From an uncultured Brevinematales bacterium (GTDB lineage Bacteria > Spirochaetota > Brevinematia > Brevinematales > JAOACQ01): a stretch of DNA of 64,000 nt. Under the pieces are notes generated by a model. That model was not told the DNA's origin and made no database searches. It saw only the letters and a list, made by a program, of their open reading frames with translations. Position numbers and translations under genes: made by a program. Shown piece after piece: positions 18,246 through 25,566 of the stretch (positions are counted from its first letter, which is position 1; every line of letters starts with the position of its first letter). The stretch lies in assembly GCA_964533855.1 (NCBI GenBank), contig CAZHNM010000007.1:22552-86551 (forward strand), given 5' to 3'.

Positions 18246-18986
18246 TTACATCCTCTTTAAATATTCCCTGTTAAAGTATTTATCATCGATGTCGGCGCTC
18301 TTTTCATCAAAATTCTCAATGGTAGTAAAGTTGTTGGTCACTACCTCATCGAAGATCGTCATCTTAGTGACTGTATTTCTACTTTCAAAATTTTTTATGC
18401 CGCTGTAAAAAACGGTTTTTAACTTCTTCCCGCTCAAGGTAAAGCAATCTTCCTTAACCGGATAATATGTTTCCTTTTCAACCCAAAGGATAACTTTCTT
18501 GTACGTAGCCCCTGTTCTTTTGGCATTAAGATCCAGCTTATAACAGTTCCTTTTTATACCGTCAATATCGGGAATTGTTTGTTCCCCGGACAAAACGGGA
18601 GAATAATCGGTTTCAAATCTGATTTTCAAAACATCGCCGTTCGAGGCCTGCCCGAGGAGCCTCTGGGAGGCTGTTACTCTGACGGGTTTTTGTGTATCGG
18701 GTATGAAAACCCACATATCGTCATTTATCGATAGGATTTTACGGTTTTTCATATTGAAGGGTGCTGTGTATATGATCATGGATTTCTCGGAACCCTTGAT
18801 ATATCCCTTCATATCCGAGGTTTCGGAAAGTTTACCCATCGAGTAATCCTCCATATGTATTAACAATTCACAAATGGATGATACTCCCCTGGTCTTATCA
18901 GTATTGCTCACGATTTCATCAGCGCTTAACGAAAAAGCCTCAAGCCGGATCAGCAGGAAAACGGCAATAATAATGTTTCTTTTCAT
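18246..18986 (-). CDS. LolA-like outer-membrane lipoprotein-sorting family protein
   Basis: Signal peptide MKRNIIIAVFLLIRLEAF. Fold-type assignment rests on similarity to LolA-like proteins that accompany FtsX permeases. The M10 start (18986) avoids overlap with the upstream permease stop at 18988. Confidence 0.7.
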   Translation of the reverse strand: MKRNIIIAVFLLIRLEAFSLSADEIVSNTDKTRGVSSICELLIHMEDYSMGKLSETSDMKGYIKGSEKSMIIYTAPFNMKNRKILSINDDMWVFIPDTQKPVRVTASQRLLGQASNGDVLKIRFETDYSPVLSGEQTIPDIDGIKRNCYKLDLNAKRTGATYKKVILWVEKETYYPVKEDCFTLSGKKLKTVFYSGIKNFESRNTVTKMTIFDEVVTNNFTTIENFDEKSADIDDKYFNREYLKRM

Positions 18987-18987
18987 A

Positions 18988-20208
18988 TTATATCCAGCGC
19001 AGGGCGTCTGCAATACTCATCCTTGCAGCCTTAATAAGCGGATATATAACCGCAATTGCTGAAATTATTATGAACAGCAGAAAATATATCGATACAACGG
19101 TAATGTCCGGACGTATGTGTGCCTGGTAACCGGAAGGCTGTCCCGGTATTGAAACATGTATTCCGCCAAGCGAATTAACCAGATACGATAATGTAAAACC
19201 TGAAATAATGCCGATTGCAGAACCTATAAAACCCAGGATCAGGCTTTCAGACATTATTATCTTCAGGACCTTAATTCTGGTTGTCCCAAGAGATCTGATC
19301 GTACCGATCTCCCTGATCCTTTCAAAAAGGACCATCATCATTGTATTTGCAATGGCAAAGATAGTAATACTGAAAATAATGAACATCGCAAAATCTAAAG
19401 CTGAGCTGTAAAATTTTTTGGCATCGTAATACATCGGAAAAATTTGATCCCACCTCCTGTATTCGAGTCCGAATTTATCACAAATTTGAGAGACTTTATT
19501 TTCCGTGCGTTCGACATCCTCAGTTCTTGTTAAAAGCAGGACCAGAGAGTCTGAAGAGTTAGATACGTTGAGAAGTTCCTGAACCGTTTTTATATTGGCA
19601 AGCGCATAAACTTTATCAAGTTCTTGAATAACCAATCTCTTTACACCCGAGATATTGAAATCCAGAGCATTGATACTTCCGTCGTTCATTGAAACTATGA
19701 CGGTGCAAGGATCACCGGCTTTGAGCTTAAGCTTTTTTGCGACGCTTTTACCTATAAGAAGACCGTTCGTATCTTCTTCTGTAATGTTCTGCCCGTCTAC
19801 CACCGAAGAAAAAGCGCCGAACATGCTTTCTTCCCCAACGGGATCTCCGGCGTTTCCTAAAATTATCGCACTATTGTCGGAATTTGCCAGAAGCCCGCGA
19901 AAACCAAGGCGGGGAGTGACCGCCTTGATACCGGGTATCTTATTTATTTCCTTTATTATCTTATTATAATCCGTAATCAGGTATTCGAAAGGCTTTTCGT
20001 CTCCCTGGGCAAGAAAACCTTTCTTATATATCTGAAAATGGCCTATCCCTCCCCTTATTATACCTTCCCTGAACCCCCAAAGCGTATAATTGATGAAACC
20101 GTTAGCCAGAATAAGGAAAACCATTCCGATTATTATCGTTGAGATTGTCAGAATTGACCTTCTAATGTTTTTAATGATGTTTCTAATTCCCAATTTCAGA
20201 TATAACAT
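18988..20208 (-). CDS. ABC transporter permease, FtsX/MacB/LolC-type
   Basis: 406 aa. N-terminal TM, large periplasmic domain, then a C-terminal 3-TM FtsX domain (RIREIGTIRSLGTTRIKV). Confidence 0.85.
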   Translation of the reverse strand: MLYLKLGIRNIIKNIRRSILTISTIIIGMVFLILANGFINYTLWGFREGIIRGGIGHFQIYKKGFLAQGDEKPFEYLITDYNKIIKEINKIPGIKAVTPRLGFRGLLANSDNSAIILGNAGDPVGEESMFGAFSSVVDGQNITEEDTNGLLIGKSVAKKLKLKAGDPCTVIVSMNDGSINALDFNISGVKRLVIQELDKVYALANIKTVQELLNVSNSSDSLVLLLTRTEDVERTENKVSQICDKFGLEYRRWDQIFPMYYDAKKFYSSALDFAMFIIFSITIFAIANTMMMVLFERIREIGTIRSLGTTRIKVLKIIMSESLILGFIGSAIGIISGFTLSYLVNSLGGIHVSIPGQPSGYQAHIRPDITVVSIYFLLFIIISAIAVIYPLIKAARMSIADALRWI

Positions 20209-20284
20209 AACTTCTCCTTAGTAGCGCTTAACGACGCGCAGCAAGTTTAGCGCTACTTATGCTTAGCGAGCTCTGTGAGCTAAG
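20209..20284 (-). promoter_or_regulatory. class A structured intercistronic element between the two permease genes
   Basis: On the coding (minus) strand: UAG|CUUAGC-UCACAGAGCUC-GCUAAGC, AUA, perfect 9-bp stem AGUAGCGCU-20 nt-AGCGCUACU, then AAGGAG-aaguu-AUG. Confidence 0.55.
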
Positions 20285-21490
20285 CTATATATACCTTAAC
20301 GTTTCGGCTATATACATCCTTGATGCCCTCCGGGCCGTCATCAGCGCCGATACAGCAGCGTCCAGTATAAATACCAGCATATAGATCAGTATTCCCTGCA
20401 ATTGCGGAGCGATAAAGGTGTGATATCCCGAAGGTCCATGATAAATCCCGCCTGTCAGATTGATACAAAGGGCCAAAAGCAAACCTAAAATAATCCCTGC
20501 AAAACTTCCGATCAGGCCTATAAGGGAACTTTCAGCCAGGAATATATACATCACTCTTTTCCTGTTCGTCCCTAAAGCCCTGATTGTACCGATCTCTCTC
20601 ATCCTCTCAAGGAGGTTCATTGACATAGTGTTGGCAATTATGAAGGTCAATATTGAGATTATTATTCCGCAAAGTATGTATTCGTTCATTTTAAACATGT
20701 CTCTAATTCCCTTGAAAACAACTGCCAGTTCGTCCCATCTCCTGTATTCCAGCCCGTTATTGGAACATATCTCCCTGATTTCAGGTTCGACTTTTTGCAT
20801 TTTTGCCGTATTGTCGAGCATTACCAGAAGCCTGTCCACCGATTGTCCGACGCCCAGGAGGTGCTGGGCCCTATCAAGGTTTACAAGGCCGTACATCTTA
20901 TTACGGGCATCGGCTTCACCCAGGTCGATGACACCTTTAAGCTTAACGTCAATCCCATTTAATCCCTTCCCTTTCATTGTTGCCATGATGGTAAACGTAT
21001 CGCCTAATTCTCCGGACAATCTCCTGACAAGGCCTTTACCCGCTAATATGCCTTCGGGGTCGTCCGAACTTATAAAGGATCCGTTAGAAATTGTATTATG
21101 CCAGAACTTATTTTCCTGCCGCGGGTTTCCGGCCTGGCCGTATATCGTTGTGCTCGTATTGTCGCTTGCAATGAGCCCGCTGAAAGAAAGCCTTGGCGCT
21201 ACAAACTTTACTCCCGGGATTTTCATCAATTCACCGGATATTTCCCGGTAGCCTTCGATCAGGTGATCGTAAGGATGGTCGTCCACATTCGCCAGATACC
21301 CGCTTTTATAAATCTGAAAATGTCCGTATTCCGACCTTATAAGGTTCTCGCTGAATTGCCCGAACACATAGGCGTTTGAACCGTTATAAAGGAGAATGGC
21401 GGCCATTCCGATTGTTAATGTTGCCATAGTTAGCATTGTCTTCCTGAAATTTCTTATTATATTTCTTAAACCGAGCTTAAAATAAAACAT
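20285..21490 (-). CDS. ABC transporter permease, FtsX/MacB/LolC-type
   Basis: Paralog of 18988..20208 (MREIGTIRALGTNRKRV). AAGGAGGG SD precedes ATG 21490; the track start at 21529 would overlap the ATPase gene. Confidence 0.85.
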   Translation of the reverse strand: MFYFKLGLRNIIRNFRKTMLTMATLTIGMAAILLYNGSNAYVFGQFSENLIRSEYGHFQIYKSGYLANVDDHPYDHLIEGYREISGELMKIPGVKFVAPRLSFSGLIASDNTSTTIYGQAGNPRQENKFWHNTISNGSFISSDDPEGILAGKGLVRRLSGELGDTFTIMATMKGKGLNGIDVKLKGVIDLGEADARNKMYGLVNLDRAQHLLGVGQSVDRLLVMLDNTAKMQKVEPEIREICSNNGLEYRRWDELAVVFKGIRDMFKMNEYILCGIIISILTFIIANTMSMNLLERMREIGTIRALGTNRKRVMYIFLAESSLIGLIGSFAGIILGLLLALCINLTGGIYHGPSGYHTFIAPQLQGILIYMLVFILDAAVSALMTARRASRMYIAETLRYI

Positions 21491-21506
21491 CTTCCCTCCT
21501 TGTTTT

Positions 21507-22169
21507 TCAGGATTGAAATTCGCCGTCAAGAATGTGAATTATTTTTTTTGCGTATTTTGAGACAGCTTCGTTATGAGTTGAAAATAAAAAAGCCGTATTG
21601 GATTTCTTATTCAATTTAAGGAGCAGGTCTATGATTAAATCCCCGGTCCTGGAATCCAGATTTGCCGTAGGTTCATCCGCAATAATTATATCCGGTTCAG
21701 TCACTATAGACCTTGCAACCGCCACCCTCTGTCTCTGCCCGCCTGAAAGTTCATCCGGCCTGTGTTTAATATAATCCTGGAGACCTACAGATTCGATTAC
21801 CGACAAAACCTGCTCTTTATCAACTTTCCTGCCGCGGATCATCAAGGGATATTCCACATTTTCATAGACTGTCAGGACCGGGAGCAGGTTAAAACTCTGA
21901 AAGATGAAGCCGATGTGCTTGTTCCGGAAAAGCGAAAGGCTTCCGTCATTCATTTCTTTTACATTTTTCCCATGAATAATAACATCTCCTTGCGTTGGGT
22001 TTTCTATACAACCTATCACATGAAGTAAAGTGGATTTCCCGGCTCCACTGGGCCCCATCAGGCAAATAAAATCTCCAGGCTCAATATCAAGACTGACATT
22101 CTTTAACGCCTCGATTTCCACCCTGTCCATTTTGTAGATTTTCGATACGTTTTTCACACTTATAAACAT
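21507..22169 (-). CDS. ABC transporter ATP-binding protein (MacB/LolD-like)
   Basis: 220 aa. Walker A GPSGAGKST, signature LSGGQRQRVAVAR, Walker B IIIADEPT. Confidence 0.9.
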   Translation of the reverse strand: MFISVKNVSKIYKMDRVEIEALKNVSLDIEPGDFICLMGPSGAGKSTLLHVIGCIENPTQGDVIIHGKNVKEMNDGSLSLFRNKHIGFIFQSFNLLPVLTVYENVEYPLMIRGRKVDKEQVLSVIESVGLQDYIKHRPDELSGGQRQRVAVARSIVTEPDIIIADEPTANLDSRTGDLIIDLLLKLNKKSNTAFLFSTHNEAVSKYAKKIIHILDGEFQS

Positions 22170-22403
22170 ATTGATCTCCTCAATGACAAAACTTCTTCAA
22201 TGATCAGATAGTTTAGATCGCTTATTAAACGTTTCCAATTGCCCGATAGGATGATTTTGCGGTTCAGATTGTCGTTCCAAGGGATGATTTTTTAAAATTT
22301 CAGCCGTATTTTGCGGTTTTATGAACACCTGTATGCCGGGACACCTTCTTTAATGTTTGAAAATAATATTATCTTGCCTTAGACTTAAAGGCGGGAGTAG
22401 ATT

Positions 22404-23324
22404 ATGGGCCAGTGGTTCATCCTGTATTTGTTCATCATTCTGATGATCGGGATATTTGCTCTCAATGCTTTGATCCAGCTGGTTCTTGAAAGCCGCGACA
22501 GGCTTCTCCGTGAATTCCTGCTGCTATTCGGCAACTTTACCCTTTTGATCCTTGAAACTCTTATTCTCGACTATATCGCAACAAATATCCGGCACCCTTC
22601 GGTTACACCGGTCCGTTTTTTAATTATTCTTATCTTTTTTTCATACAATCTTGTGCCATATACGATCTTCAGGTATGTCGCTCAAGCGAAGAAAATTGCC
22701 GGGGTTGCATGGCTTCGTTATTCGATTATTTTCGCCTCTATATTATTATTAATTTCTGAAATATTGGCTTTTATGGAATTGCCTTTTCAAGGCTTTAAAC
22801 TTCCACAACCCTTCGTATGGATATATATAGCGCTAAATATCATCATTATAGTAATTGCTTTTATTCCCATCCGGATAACGCAAAGTCCTCTTACAGCACC
22901 GTATAAAAGCTATCTGCATGATTTTTATAAGAGTATTCGGATAATCAGCTTTATTTTCACACCGCTCATGTTTACCGATATGGCGCTTAACATCAATCCT
23001 GTTATCCCGTTTTATTCTCTTCTATATTGCTCATTTGCCATCCTGCTGATAGTTTTTTTAAACCGCGACCGTGTTAATTTATATAAAAAATCATCGTCGC
23101 TTGTTCCGGAAAGTTCTTTTTATAAAAGATTCGGGATATCCAGGAGAGAATCGGAAGTTTTGCAGCTTGTCATGCAGGGAAAAACCAGCCCGCAGATAGC
23201 CGGAGAACTTTTTATTTCTCTTGCAACCGTCAAAACCCATATCCAGAGGATTTTCCAGAAAACAGGAGCGGCCAGCCGCTTCGACCTTATCCGCCTGCTG
23301 CTGTCTGAAAAAGGCTCCGCCTGA
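22404..23324 (+). CDS. polytopic membrane protein with C-terminal LuxR/GerE HTH (one-component regulator)
   Basis: 306 aa, about 7 predicted TM helices, then ISRRESEVLQLVMQGKTSPQIAGELFISLATVKTHIQRIFQK. Confidence 0.75.
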   Translation: MGQWFILYLFIILMIGIFALNALIQLVLESRDRLLREFLLLFGNFTLLILETLILDYIATNIRHPSVTPVRFLIILIFFSYNLVPYTIFRYVAQAKKIAGVAWLRYSIIFASILLLISEILAFMELPFQGFKLPQPFVWIYIALNIIIIVIAFIPIRITQSPLTAPYKSYLHDFYKSIRIISFIFTPLMFTDMALNINPVIPFYSLLYCSFAILLIVFLNRDRVNLYKKSSSLVPESSFYKRFGISRRESEVLQLVMQGKTSPQIAGELFISLATVKTHIQRIFQKTGAASRFDLIRLLLSEKGSA

Positions 23325-23462
23325 GGGATTGTAATCAATCCCGGCGGAACATGTAATATTGCATTGTTGCTTACCATGATAATCCGAATAAAAAAGAACA
23401 ATAATGAAAACAGTAATAATTTTGAAAAAATAGCCCTGAAAATAAGAATATTATAAAAACGA

Positions 23463-23491
23463 TTGACAATATAAAAAAATTATGCTAAAAT
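23463..23491 (+). promoter_or_regulatory. sigma-70-type promoter candidate of the kdp region
   Basis: TTGACA (23463-23468), 17-nt spacer, TAAAAT (23486-23491). Confidence 0.55.
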
Positions 23492-23640
23492 TTTCTAAAT
23501 GACCGCATGGTCATTGTGGTGTCAATCAGGCTAGAAAACTTCTCTTGGTACCGGTTGGTATTCCTGTAAAACGATTATTAAAGAATTTTACAAGAATGTC
23601 ATTAAAACAAGCTGCTTTGAAGAAGAGAGGAGGTTTTAGG

Positions 23641-23715
23641 ATGGCGGATGGCATCGGTTTGATTATTATTACCTCGACATTTCTGTCCATTCTGAAAGAT
23701 TTTAAAATTTTCTAA
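23641..23715 (+). CDS. 24-codon hydrophobic small ORF (KdpF-like peptide or leader peptide)
   Basis: MADGIGLIIITSTFLSILKDFKIF, preceded by GAGGAGG. Position upstream of kdpA fits KdpF, but the usual C-terminal PE(K/R)F-type motif is not evident and the gap to kdpA is 124 nt. Confidence 0.3.
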   Translation: MADGIGLIIITSTFLSILKDFKIF

Positions 23716-23839
23716 TCATGGGTAATGCCGCTTAGATCATGATCTATACGCCTCTTAATACTATTTGATTTTCCTGTAAAGTGTTGCTTTACAAGAATGT
23801 CATTAAGCTAAACAACTATGAAAATAAGAGGAGGTTTAT

Positions 23840-25543
23840 ATGATGAGTGACATTATTTTTGCCATAGTGTTATTTTCAGTTCTAGTTCTGCTTGCCGTGT
23901 TGTTAGGCAAGTTCATGTCAAGGGTATTTGAAGGCACCAGGACTTTCCTGACACCTGTCTTTTCACCGCTTGAAAAGCTTATTTACATGCTATGCCGGAT
24001 CGACCCGTCCGAGGAAATGAACTGGGTCAAGTATGCGTTTGCTCTTGTATGGTTCAACCTTGCGGGCTTTTTACTGCTTTTTATCATCCAGCTCGTGCAG
24101 GGAATATTGCCTTTCAATCCCCAGAAATTCGGGGCGGTCAGGTGGGATACTGCACTTAATACCGCTATCTCTTTTATGACCAACACGAACTGGCAGGCGT
24201 ATGCAGGGGAAAGCACCCTGAGCTATTTTACGCAGATGGTTGGCCTGACTGTACAGAATTTTGTTTCCGCAGCAACCGGATTCGGGGTGATGCTTGCGTT
24301 GTTCAGGGGTTTTACACGTAAAACAACCGACAATATCGGGAATTTCTGGGTCGATATGACAAGGGCAGTTCTTTATGTTCTTATTCCGCTGTCAATTGTG
24401 TGGGCGGTCATACTCTCGTCACAGGGTGTCATCCAGACTCTTGGGGGTTATGTTAACGCTATTACCCTTCAGGGACATAATCAGGTGATTGCAGTAGGCC
24501 CCGTTGCCTCGCAGGAAGCGATAAAAATGCTCGGGACAAACGGAGGCGGGTTTTTTAATGTCAACTCGGCTCATCCTTTTGAAAACCCTAACTGGTTTAC
24601 TAATTTCATGGAACTCCTTGCAATCATGCTTCTGCCGGCGTCTTTACCTTTTACGATGGGATATATGTTCAAGAGCCGGAAAAAAGGATGGGCCATGTTC
24701 ATGGCTATGTTTATTCTTCTTATTGTAGGAATTGTATTTTCAGTTTATACCGAGAACAAGGGTAACCCGATTTTTTCAAAAGCCGGAATTATTCATGGCG
24801 TCAACATGGAAGGCAAAGAAACCCGCTTCGGGGTTTTTACATCGGTCCTGTGGGGAGTTACAACTACGGCGATAGCCAACGGCTCTGTTAATGCGATGCA
24901 TGACAGTTTTCTGCCGCTCACTGCCATTTTTCCTATGTTCAATATGCTTATCGGCGAAGTGATATTTGGCGGTGTTGGAGTAGGAATTATAGGGATGTTG
25001 TTCTATGCCTTTATGACTATGTTCCTTGCGGGTCTTATGATAGGGCGGACTCCCGAGATATATAATAAGAAACTTGAAGTCCGGGAGATGATATGGACTC
25101 TTGTCGGAATAATAACGGGTCCTCTATGCGCGCTGATATTTACCGCCGCGGCCTGCATGCTTAAAGACGGCCTTGCCGGCCTTAACAATGGCGGGCCTCA
25201 TGGTTTTTCTGAAATGCTCTATGCGTTCGCATCTGCCCATGGCAATAACGGTTCCGCTTTCGCGGGGCTGAACGCCAATACACCCTTTTATAACCTGATG
25301 ACTGGCGCTGCTATGCTCATAGGCCGTTTTGCGACAATAATACCAGCTCTCATAATAGCCGGTTCTCTTGCGAAGAAGAAATTCATACCCGACACCGCTG
25401 CAACATTCCAGACGACAACGCCGCTTTATGTGGTTATGCTGGTTTCGGTGGTCGTGATCTTCGGAGGGCTGACATTTTTCGTCCCCTTCGTTTTAGGCCC
25501 TATCCTTGACCATCTCTTAATGTTTGCCGGGCATTTATATTAA
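23840..25543 (+). CDS. kdpA: potassium-transporting ATPase subunit A
   Basis: 567 aa polytopic protein with conserved KdpA motifs (TNTNWQAYAGE, GTNGGGFFN, NNGSAFAGL). Confidence 0.95.
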   Translation: MMSDIIFAIVLFSVLVLLAVLLGKFMSRVFEGTRTFLTPVFSPLEKLIYMLCRIDPSEEMNWVKYAFALVWFNLAGFLLLFIIQLVQGILPFNPQKFGAVRWDTALNTAISFMTNTNWQAYAGESTLSYFTQMVGLTVQNFVSAATGFGVMLALFRGFTRKTTDNIGNFWVDMTRAVLYVLIPLSIVWAVILSSQGVIQTLGGYVNAITLQGHNQVIAVGPVASQEAIKMLGTNGGGFFNVNSAHPFENPNWFTNFMELLAIMLLPASLPFTMGYMFKSRKKGWAMFMAMFILLIVGIVFSVYTENKGNPIFSKAGIIHGVNMEGKETRFGVFTSVLWGVTTTAIANGSVNAMHDSFLPLTAIFPMFNMLIGEVIFGGVGVGIIGMLFYAFMTMFLAGLMIGRTPEIYNKKLEVREMIWTLVGIITGPLCALIFTAAACMLKDGLAGLNNGGPHGFSEMLYAFASAHGNNGSAFAGLNANTPFYNLMTGAAMLIGRFATIIPALIIAGSLAKKKFIPDTAATFQTTTPLYVVMLVSVVVIFGGLTFFVPFVLGPILDHLLMFAGHLY

Positions 25544-25566
25544 TAATTACAAATAGGAGGAAATTT

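Noticed and set aside
23400-23840. c-di-AMP (ydaO/kimA-type) riboswitch in the kdp leader
   Set aside because: The G-rich conserved cores I remember for that class (GGGGA/CCCA, CCGAAUCC-type segments) are absent and the leader is very AT-rich. This was judged by eye only, so an Infernal scan would be decisive.
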